From Macrostomum lignano (lineage: Eukaryota), in assembly GCA_002269645.1 (NCBI GenBank), contig NIVC01002548.1, positions 1 to 64,000 on the forward strand: a stretch of DNA of 64,000 nt, given 5' to 3'. The stretch's first letter is position 1; the number at the start of each line of letters is the position of its first letter. Both the position numbers and the translations under genes were made by a program. This document shows, one piece after another, positions 53,745 through 64,000 of this stretch. The notes under the pieces were generated by a model. That model had not been told where the DNA came from. It was given only the letters and a program-made list of their open reading frames with translations, and did not search any database.

Positions 53745-56130
53745 GCCAGTTCACTAAACTACAACCTAGCTCCGGCGCCAGATCACTAAACTACAATCTA
53801 GCTGCGGCGCCAGATCACTAAACTACAACCTAGCTCCGGCGCCAGATCACTTAACTACAACCTAGCTACAGCGCCAGTTCACAACAGCTCCGGCGCCAGA
53901 TCACTAAGCTACAACCTAGCTACAGCGCCAGTTCACAACAGCTCCGGCGCCAGATCACTAAACTACAACCTAGCTACAGCGCCAGTTCACAACAGCTCCG
54001 GCGCCAGATCACTAAGCTACAACCTAGCTACAGCGCCAGTTCACAACAGCTCCGGCGCCAGATCACTAAACTACAACCTAGCTACAGCGCCAGTTCACAA
54101 CAGCTCCGGCGCCAGATCACTAAACTACAACCTAGCTACAGCGCCAGTTCACAACAGCTCCGGCGCCAGATCACTAAACTACAATCTAGCTCCGGCGCCA
54201 GATCACTAAACTGCAACCTAGCTACGGCGCCAGATCACTAAAATACAACCTAGCTACAGCGCCAGTTCACAACAGCTCCGGCGCCAGATCACTAAACTAC
54301 AACCTAGCTACAGCGCCAGTTCACAACAGCTCCGGCGCCAGATCACTTAACTAGAAACTAGCTGCGGCACCAGATCACTAAACTACAACCTAGCTCCGGC
54401 GCCAGTTCACAACAGCTCCGGCGCCAGATCACTAAACTACAACCTAGCTACAGCGCCAGTTCACAACAGCTCCGGCGCCAGATCACTAAACTACAACCTA
54501 GCTCCGGCGCCAGATCACTAAGCTACAACCTAGCTACAGCGCCAGTTCACAACAGCTCCGGCGCCAGATCACTAAACTACAACCTAGCTACAGCGCCAGT
54601 TCACAACAGCTCCGGCGCCAGATCACTAAGCTAGATCACTACCTAGCTACAGCGCCAGTTCACAACAGCTCCGGCGCCAGATCACTAAACTACAACCTAG
54701 CTACAGCGCCAGTTCACAACAGCTCCGGCGCCAGATCACTAAACTACAATCTAGCTCCGGCGCCAGATCACTAAACTGCAACCTAGCTACGGCGCCAGAT
54801 CACTAAAATACAACCTAGCTACAGCGCCAGTTCACAACAGCTCCGGCGCCAGATCACTAAACTACAACCTAGCTACAGCGCCAGTTCACAACAGCTCCGG
54901 CGCCAGATCACTTAACTAGAAACTAGCTGCGGCACCAGATCACTAAACTACAACCTAGCTCCGGCGCCAGTTCACAACAGCTCCGGCGCCAGATCACTAA
55001 ACTACAACCTAGCTACAGCGCCAGTTCACAACAGCTCCGGCGCCAGATCACTAAACTACAACCTAGCTCCGGCGCCAGATCACTAAACTACAACCTAGCT
55101 CCGGCGCCAGATCACTAAACTACAATCTAGCTCCGGCGCCAGATCACTAAAATACAATCTAGCTCCGGCGCCAGATCACTAAACTACAACCTAGCTACAG
55201 CGCCAGTTCACAACAGCTCCGGCGCCAGATCACTTAACTAGAAACTAGCTGCGGCACCAGATCACTAAACTACAACCTAGCTCCGGCGCCAGTTCACAAC
55301 AGCTCCGGCGCCAGATCACTAAACTACAACCTAGCTACAGCGCCAGTTCACAACAGCTCCGGCGCCAGATCACTAAACTACAACCTAGCTCCGGCGCCAG
55401 ATCACTAAGCTACAACCTAGCTACAGCGCCAGTTCACAACAGCTCCGGCGCCAGATCACTAAACTACAACCTAGCTACAGCGCCAGTTCACAACAGCTCC
55501 GGCGCCAGATCACTTAACTAGAAACTAGCTGCGGCACCAGATCACTAAACTACAACCTAGCTCCGGCGCCAGATCACTAAACTACAACCTAGCTACAGCG
55601 CCAGTTCACAACAGCTCCGGCGCCAGATCACTTAACTAGAAACTAGCTGCGGCACCAGATCACTAAACTACAACCTAGCTCCGGCGCCAGATCACTAAAC
55701 TACAACCTAGCTCCGGCGCCAGATCACTAAACTACAACCTAGCTCCGGCGCCAGATCACTAAACTACAACCTAGCTCCGGCGCCAGATCACTAAACTACA
55801 ACCTAGCTCCGGCGCCAGATCACTAAACTACAACCTAGCTCCGGCGCCAGATCACTAAACTACAACCTAGCTCCGGCGCCAGATCACTAAACTACAACCT
55901 AGCTCCGGCGCCAGATCACTAAAATACAACCTAGCTACAGCGCCAGTTCACAACAGCTCCGGCGCCAGATCACTAAACTATAACCTAGCTACAGCGCCAG
56001 TTCACAACAGCTCCGGCGCCAGATCACTAAACTACAACCTAGCTACAGCGCCAGTTCACAACAGCTCCGGCGCCAGATCACTTAACTAGAAACTAGCTCC
56101 GGCGCCAGATCACTAAACTACAACCTGCGG
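53745..56130. repeat. Composite satellite of 32-bp (AGCTCCGGCGCCAGATCACTAAACTACAACCT) and 22-bp (AGCTACAGCGCCAGTTCACAAC) units
   Basis: Mostly alternating as a 54-bp dimer, with runs of pure 32-mer. Confidence 0.95.
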
Positions 56131-56624
56131 CGCCTAAGTGAGTGCTTCGTTCGAGCGGATCTCAAAACTTTTAGCGTACGACTACAGCTTTGCATTCAGT
56201 TTTTGTTATTAAAGACTGCGGCCCCACAGCAAGGTAAAGCTCGTGTTTTACGAGTACTAAGGATAAGGAAGCATACACTGTCATTAACTGCAAGACCTAT
56301 AGCTGCTGTAGATGCATAGGCCAGATATCATCAATCCGGCAATTACCTCAGCAGCTAGCATGCGTCTCATGCAGCTCTGAAGTCAAACCAGCTTACTATA
56401 GCAGACAGCAAGCACATGAGTTCTGTAGCCTATTAATCTTATTTTTCATTCTTGCACACGAGAATTGATTTCAGTCTGTCTTTACAGGATTACTTGTATT
56501 CCTATTACGGAATTAAAAGTGCTTACGATGGCTATAAGCTGCTAGAGGAATGTCAGAGATCTTTGACTTGAAAATGACTCCCTGCGTGTCAGTGTTATTA
56601 TCAGGGATTCTGTTATACTATGCA

Positions 56625-57875
56625 GAGGATAGAGGGCCATTCTGCAAGTGAATACAGACTGATTTTCCATGTGGATAGATGGCCATTCTGCATGCGGATA
56701 GATGGCCATTCTGCATGTGGATAGAAGGCCATTCTCCATGTGGATAGATGGCCATTCACCATGTGGATAGAGGGCCACTCTGAATGTGACAAATTCTTGA
56801 TGTGGGTTCATGTGGATACCTCGTACTGCAGTTACGAGGTAAAGCCTAATTATCAGGTGAAAGCCTGCGGCAACCCCACACCAGCAATGCTTGGCGGCAT
56901 TCTAAATGGAATTGACCCCACAAGCACTGCAATTATAATTCTTGACAGGCATTTGGGCACTTAACAGGCAATTAAATTTGCAGACTATATAATTGAGGTA
57001 AAGAACATCTGGGTGAACTTCAATGGGAAACAATGCACCTTGACAGGTAACAAAGATGGGAGGAAGGATCCTGGATGCTACACAATGGATCCACATCCAG
57101 GGGCTATTATTTTTAATAGTCACGTGAGTCGAAAGTCGGTAGATTTTTTTTAAACTGCAGACCCAATCCCTTTCATTGGCTCCTTTGTACTTAGCTGAAC
57201 TTTGTACCCACCCGATAACCGCCAAACAAAGTAGAGTTTCAGGCCTTTGAAGTGTAGTGAGTGAGTCAATCTGAGATCTGCTGGCTGTCCAGCTAACAGG
57301 GCATTTTCGTAATTAACTGCATGGGACGGCCTTGCGATTACGATAGTGATGACGTAAGCCATGCTCAGTGACTAGGCTTAAAGAGCTACTGCATACGTTT
57401 TCTAGACTCGATTACTGTAGAGGGCCACGTGGACTCTCCATGTGGATAGAGGGCCATTCTGCATGTGGATAGAGGGCCATTCTGCATGTGGATAGAGGGC
57501 CATTTTGCATGTGGATAGAGGGCCATTCTGCATGTGGATAGAGGGCCATTTTGCATGTGGATAGAGATAGAGGGCCATTATCCGCGTGGATTAAGGGCCA
57601 TTATCCGCGTGGATTAAGGGCCATTATCCGCGTGGATTAAGGGCCATTATCCGCGTGGATTAAGGGCCATTATCCGCGTGGATTAAGGGCCATTATCCGC
57701 GTGGATTAAGGGCCATTATCCGCGTGGATTAAGGGCCATTATCCATGTGGATAGAGGGACATTATCCATGTAGATAGAAGGCCATACTGTATGTGGATAG
57801 AGGGCCATTTTGCATGTGGATAGAAGACCATTCTCCGTGTGGATAGAGGGCCATTATCCATGTGGATAGAGGGGG
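56625..57875. repeat. 23-bp minisatellite (TGGATAGAGGGCCATTCTGCATG)n interrupted by a 599-bp unique insert (56819-57417)
   Basis: Same unit on both sides of the insert; a TGGATTAAGGGCCATTATCCGCG variant run at about 57580-57740. Confidence 0.88.
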
Positions 57876-58167
57876 ATAAATCACCGCAGTTAATACTGCT
57901 TCAGCAACAAGACTAACAAAAGCAATTAAGGTCATATTCTGAGAAACAAATTTAAAAAACAGGCAGAATGATGAAGCAGCATAACCATCTGGCAGCTCAG
58001 ATATTCTTCATAAATCACTGAATATTTTGTATTTGAAACTTAAACATAACTATACAGACGCTCTTTGGCTGGGCAGTCGGAATTGAGCAGCGAATGTAAC
58101 TGAATGAATAATTATCGATAAAATTTCCATTCTACAGCAGCTTCCATTACACTCATCTAGAGATTGA

Positions 58168-58686
58168 ATGGCGACTCTCATAGAGATTGTAGGGCGATTC
58201 TCATAGAGATTGTAGGGCGACTCTCATAGAGATTGTAGGGCGACTCTCATAGAGATTGTAGGGCGACTCTCATAGAGATTGTAGGGCGATTCTCATAGAG
58301 ATTGTAGGGCGACTCTCATAGAGATTGTAGGGCGATTCTCATAGGGATTGTAGGCCGATTCTCAAAGAGATTGCAGGGCGATTCTCATAGGGATTGTTGG
58401 GCGATTCTCATAGAGATTTCAGGGTGATTCTCATAGAGATTGTTGGGCGACTCTCATAGAGATTTCAGGGTGATTCTCATAGAGATTTCAGGGTGATTCT
58501 CATAGAGATTGTAGGGCGACTCTCATAGAGATTTCAGGGGGATTCTCATAGAGATTGTAGGGCGATTCTCATAGAGATTGTAGGGCGATTCTCATAGAGA
58601 TTTTAGGGCGATTCTCATAGAGATTGTAGGGCGATTCTCATAGAGATTTTAGGGCGATTCTCATAGAGATTGCAGGGCGATTTTCT
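58168..58686. repeat. 23-bp minisatellite (AGATTGTAGGGCGACTCTCATAG)n
   Basis: About 22 copies just downstream of the ADAR stop. Confidence 0.94.
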
Positions 58687-58785
58687 CGATTCAGCAAGAC
58701 TTGAGTGAAAGAAGTCATCAAACCGAATCATACTTCAAGTAAACCAGCAATAAGTGAGGCTAAAAACCGGGTAAAAGCAGATCAA

Positions 58786-61654
58786 TCACAAAGTGAACTC
58801 CTGCAGCTCCCACGGCTTGGCCGCCCACAGGCCTTTGCCATTCTGCCGCAGGAAGCCAATCATGGCCGACTTCGCCGATCGGTATTCTGTGCAAGCCTCC
58901 TTGGCCTCGCGGTAGGTGATGCCGGATGACCCGGTCTTTGGCACCGGGGGCAGCCTCAGCTGCTGCTGGGGCCTCCTGCTCTGAGCCTGGTGCTGCCGCC
59001 TCAGCAGGTGCACCAGCCTGGCATAGTTGGCAAACAGGGCTCGCTTAGACAGTCGCGACGCATTGTCCGAGGCATCAGTGACAGTTTCGGGCACCAGCCG
59101 GCCAGTGGACGAGTTCACCAACTCGGGCTGGACACCGTCCAGGCAGTACCAGTTCAGCGAGCAGTCTGGCGCGGCCCGGGCCTGCCGGGGGTCCCGCTCG
59201 GTGACGCCCAGCAGAGCCGGCTCGGCCACGGGCAGGCCCGGGGCCGGCCGCTGCAGCCGGCCAATCAGAGCGCGCCGGCAGTGCGACCGGTTGAACGACG
59301 AGCCAATCACAATCGAGCGAAGGTACACCGGCTCAACTAGGCGGCTAAGCAGGCAGCCTTGAAGTCCGAGAAGGCACCAGGAGGCCACCTTGTCCGAGCA
59401 GGACATTGTGAGCAGCCGTTCGCCGCCGAGGATGCCGTCCCAGGTCTGCGCGACCAGGGTGGCGGGCACCGGGATGGTGCCTTCGCCGCACTCGATCTTG
59501 GTGCGCAACAGGCCGCGCGACGCTCTGGTCGGGTGCTCGTCCTCGTTGGCCGCTTCGGTGGCGTCGCCAGAAGCGTCGGCCGCGGCGCCGGGGTCCGTGG
59601 GCGCGAAGACTCGGGCGTCGCCGCAGGGCGAAGTGCTGATGTACAGGTGCAGGGACACCTCGGGTCGTAGGCTTTAGAGGCGACAAATGGGGAGATTATA
59701 AGCATTTTTGAAACTTTATTGTAAGAGTTTGGTTGCCCCGTGTATTGAATAGGGTTGCCAGTGTGTATTGAATAGGGTTGCTAGTGTGTATTGAATAGGG
59801 TTGCCAGTGTATTGAATAGGGTTGCCACTGTATTGAATAGGGTTGCCAGTGTGTATTGAATAGGGTTGCCAGTGTGTATTGAATAGGGTTGCCAGTGTGT
59901 ATTGAATAGGGTTGTCACTGTATTGAATAGGGTTGTCAGTGTGTATTGAATAGGGTTGCCACTGTATTGAATAGGGTTGTCACTGTATTGAATAGGGTTG
60001 CCAGTGTGTATTGAATAGGGTTGCCAGTGTGTATTGAAAAGGGTTGCCAGTGTGTATTGAATAGGGTTGCCAGTGTGTATTGAATAGGGTTGCCAGTGTG
60101 TATTGAAAAGGGTTGCCAGTGTGTATTGAATAGGGTTGCCAGTGTGTATTGAATAGGGCTGCCACCATTCATCAGTGTCAGGTGTTAGGTGTCAGGTAGT
60201 TTGCTCATACCTGACAGTTCACAGTGGATTCCTACAGCCAGGTAAACAGCTACCTTGCAATCATTCAGACGCATGTTACACAACCGACATTTGATCTGTC
60301 ACCCGAGAACTGAGCAAGCAGCAAAATGTTTTAAACTATGAATTTGATGGAAAAGCTGTCTCTGCATTATAATGTACCTGTGCCTGAGCAGAGTTCTGCT
60401 AAGTTGTATATATTTCTACACTGCATTGTTATAGTCGCGTGCAGGGTTGTTCTCTTGTCAAGCATTCTGGCATGTCTGAGTAATCTGTGAGTCTAATGAG
60501 AGTAAAATCGGGTAACATCTGAGTCTCATGACAGTCAAAGCGAGTAATCTCTGAGTCTTATGAAAGTCAAATTGGGTAATCTCTGAGTCTCATCGGAGTC
60601 AAATTGGGTAATCTCTGAGTCTCATGAGAGTCAAGGCGGATAGCCTTTGAGTCTCATTGGAGTCAAATTGGATAATCTCTGAGTCGCATGAGGGTCAAAT
60701 GAGGTAACCTCTGAGTCTCATTGGAGTCAAAGCGGGTAACCTCAAGAGTCTCATGAGATTCAAAGCGGGTAACTTCAAGAGTCTCATGAGAGTCAAAGCG
60801 GGTAACCTCAAGAGTCTCATGAGATTCAAAGCGGGTAACCTCAAGAGTCTCATGAGAGTCAAAGCGGGTAACCTCAAGAGTCTCATGAGATTCAAAGCGG
60901 GTAACCACTGAGTCTAATGAAAGTCAAAGCGGGTAACGTCAAGAGTCTCATGAGAGTCAAAGCGGATAACCTCAAGAGTCTCATGAGATTCAAAGCGGGT
61001 AACCTCAAGAGTCTCATGAGAGTCAAAGCGGGTAACCTCAAGAGTCTCATGAGAGTCAAAGCGGGTAACCTCAAGAGTCTCATGAGATTCAAAGCGGGTA
61101 ACCTCAAGAGTCTCATGAGAGTCAAAGCGGGTAACCTCAAGAGTCTCATGAGAGTCAAAGCGGGTAACCTCTGAGTTTCATGAGAGTCAAGGCGGGTAAC
61201 TTCTCAGTATGGAAGCGGCAACCCCCCAGTTTCTAAGAAACTGCTCTTGCTCACCAAAACTTGGAACCGTTGGTCGCCAGTTGAAAAATTGATTCAGAGT
61301 TGCTCTTGATGGCGGTGGCCAGCTGGTGATGAAAAAATTGCAGCAGGCATCTCCGGCTGAGAACCTCGGCGTGACAGTCGAGGAGGCAGGAACCGCTGGC
61401 GTCCAGGTGCTGGCCGGAGAGGCACTTGGTCCCGGTGGTCACGCACACGACGGTCAGGTCTGCGCTGGGGTCCAGGTCGGGTCCGCGGCTCATGACGATG
61501 CCGGCCAAGACTTTGCGGCGGGCCAGGCGCTCCGACAGGCCGGAGGCGAGCTGCTCGAACTGGTCTCGAACCAGGCGCTGCACCGAGTCGGCGAACGACT
61601 GCTCGGTCGGGGTGGCGGCCGGCGCTTGGCAGGGCGAGGCCGAGTCGCCGCTGC
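58786..61654 (-). CDS. ADARB1: ADAR2-like dsRNA adenosine deaminase, last two exons (61654-61255, 59671-58786); 5' exons not found in window
   Basis: [29 protein letters not shown] (Zn His and catalytic Glu), [55 protein letters not shown]. The QTWDG.L.GERLLTM form is ADAR2-like rather than ADAR1 or ADAT1. Phase-2 intron TG|GTGAGC...ctaaag|C. The 5' end of the upstream exon is uncertain. Confidence 0.93.
59738..60165. repeat. 23-bp minisatellite (GTGTATTGAATAGGGTTGCCAGT)n
   Basis: ADAR last intron. Confidence 0.94.
60490..61203. repeat. 33-bp minisatellite (GAGTCTCATGAGAGTCAAAGCGGGTAACCTCAA)n
   Basis: ADAR last intron; the unit contains the palindrome TCTCATGAGA. Confidence 0.94.
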
Positions 61655-61734
61655 CTGCGAATATTGGCGACGGCGAGAATGAGGATTGAGGCGATTGACT
61701 GACCGAGTTGTACGAGGGGGAGTGCGGGTTTTAA

Positions 61735-62615
61735 AGGCAGAGGGCGGATTTTGATGGAGAGAGCGAATTTTGGAGAGGGCGGATTTGAAAGATGGGACGG
61801 CGGATTTTGATGGGGATGGCGGATTTGAAAGATGGGACGGCGGATTTTGATGGGGATGGCGGATTTGAAAGATGGGACGGCGGATTTTGATGGAGAGGGC
61901 GGATTTTGATGGAGAGGGCGGATTTTGAAAGATGAGACGGTGGATTTTGATGGCGAGAGCAGATCTTGATGGTGAAGGCGGATTTTGATGGGGATGGCGG
62001 ATTTGAAAGATGGGACGGCAGATTTTGATGGGGAGGGCGGATTTTGATGGTGAGGGCGGATTTTGATGGAGAGGGCGGATTTTGATGGAGAGGGCGGATT
62101 TTGAAAGATGAGACGGTGGATTTTGATGGCGAGAGCAGATCTTGATGGCGAGAGCAGATCTTGATGGTGAAGGCGGATTTTGATGGGGATGGCGGATTTG
62201 AAAGATGGGACGGCAGATTTTGATGGGGAGGGCGGATTTTGATGGTGAGGGCGGATTTTGATGGAGAGGGCGGATTTTGATGGAGAGGGCGGATTTTGAT
62301 GGAGAGGGCGGATTTTGATGGAGAGGGCGGATTTTGAAAGATGGGGCGGCAGATTTTGATGGGGAGGGCGGATTTTGATGGTGAGGGTGGATTTTGATGG
62401 AGAGGGCGGATCTTGATGGTGAGGGTGGATTTTGATGGAGAGGGCGGATTTTGAAAGATGAGACGGTGGATTTTGATGGCGAGAGCAGATCTTGATGGTG
62501 AAGGCGGATTTTGATGGGGATGGCGGATTTGAAAGATGGGGCGGCAGATTTTGATGGGGAGGGCGGATTTTGATGGTGAGGGTGGATTTTGACGGGGAGG
62601 GCGGATTTTAATGGT
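61735..62615. repeat. 19-bp-based minisatellite (TGGAGAGGGCGGATTTTGA)n with variants
   Basis: Explains the 384 aa pseudo-ORF 61490-62644. Confidence 0.93.
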
Positions 62616-64000
62616 GAGAGGGGGGACTGTAAGAAAAACGCCACCCTTTGCCCCAGTGAGCAGTTATCTTTCGACCAGCGTCTATCACTTAGCCAGCCAT
62701 TTTGATATTGAAAAATGCTTAAAAAAAACTATGAAAACCGGGCGGAAGCTTCAATCCATCCAATCTTCGCCCTCCGCTCTTCCCAATCCCTCCTCACCCA
62801 GCCCAACTCTGCATCGCGTGGCGCAAGTTGCGTCACTCAAAAGTCAACACTGAGCTAGAATTTACTGAGCACTCTCAAAGATGGCGACTTTTTAATGTTG
62901 TTGAGTATACATATTTATCATCAACTTGATGATATGAACATGATATTTATCATTTAGTTCAACTATTGATTCGATAACTAGAATGCATAATGGACTTACT
63001 AGGAAAATTCATCAAAGACACAAGCCTTGTCGAAAATAAATTTAACTAAAATATTTTTACCACCAGCATTTTGTTATTATTCTTTCATTAGTTGTAATAA
63101 TTAGTTCAATCAAATACGAGTGTAATATCATAAAATATGAAATTCATCACCCTTGATGTGCGCCTGTAATAATAATCAGCAATCTTTAATGTACCAAAAT
63201 GGCAACACGCTTTACAGAGTAGCTCATTTCTATCTGCGCTCGCTTGATATCTAACTGAATCAGTTCATTTAAATAAATTGATTAAATTTCTGCCCAGCAA
63301 TACAGAGAGTCTAACCTTCAGCAGTTCTCCCAAATAAATTTCATATCTTTAGATTTACGCTTGAAATTTCACGGAAAATCAGTCACACTGTTCTCGTTTC
63401 GAGGGACGTTTTGAGGTTAAAAAAGGGCATAGTGATAGCTATTTTTCAGCATCTCGACATTGAATTATACACTGATGTCGCTTATTAAAACAGCCTACAA
63501 TGTACACACATAGCAATACGATTCCGACAGTACCGCGTCATGTTTGTTTTAAATTTCAGTTTAATTAGCCAATCCTTAACTCTCGCGGCTTTTTTAAATC
63601 CAAAGTGCCTCTGCCTTTAAGTCTATAGTGACTCCAACGCCAAAACTTGACGTAGCTCAGAGTTAGGGTTAAGCCATGGCTCTAAGGCTTTGATGCCAAA
63701 GCTTAAAGAAGTGCTGATATCTTAAGCTAGATGGCTGGCTTTTAGGGCGGATGCATTTTTGCTTTCAACATAGCTTTCCTCGAGAAACGAACAATAGTGA
63801 CTGTGCAAGGTGAAAAGCTACAATGTAGTTTCTTTTAAATTAGTATTTTCTTTGTTACCTTCTCAACGGGGCGCAGGTGGCTAGTCTATTGTATAACCAG
63901 TTACCTATTCTATATATATTTTCTCTAGATTTCTATAACTAGAAATTAATGCCTGGAAAATGGGAGTGGTCCCCTACTCAGCCACCTATTTTTTGCGTTG

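Noticed and set aside
53745-56130. CRISPR-like appearance of regularly spaced 22-38 bp repeats here and at 22735-23531
   Set aside because: No unique spacers, no cas genes, and the context is eukaryotic with spliceosomal introns.
62644-64000. Upstream ADAR exons encoding dsRNA-binding domains
   Set aside because: No dsRBD-like translation found in this AT-rich stretch; they probably lie beyond the window.

Overview
Eukaryotic, intron-rich animal DNA. GC-rich exons sit among many different mini- and microsatellites, a style that suggests a free-living flatworm such as Macrostomum; that assignment is inference from composition only. Spliced gene models read by hand: (1) a complete 11-exon transmembrane adenylyl cyclase, ADCY5/6-like (minus, 14039-2012); (2) a 2-exon neuropeptide prohormone with a signal peptide and 7 KR/KKR-flanked copies of FTRYPDFMLDR(G/D)IL (minus, 16842-15461), a peptide I cannot assign to a known family and the top finding; (3) FBXL7-like F-box/LRR gene (minus, 25133-22533); (4) an orphan low-complexity gene (minus, 30420-26554); (5) a galanin/allatostatin-A-type GPCR (plus, about 48732/48819-50777); (6) the 3' catalytic part of an ADAR2-like deaminase (minus, 61654-58786). 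Also present: a candidate secreted His-rich protein, a decayed piggyBac, two tRNA-derived SINE families (2 copies each), a 767-bp TIR element and about 30 tandem arrays. Notable arrangements are inverted minisatellite arrays bracketing one cyclase exon and an intronic minisatellite built from copies of an exon/5' splice-site junction. Most long ORFs in the supplied track are repeat artefacts. All coordinates were read by eye; repeat boundaries are approximate.
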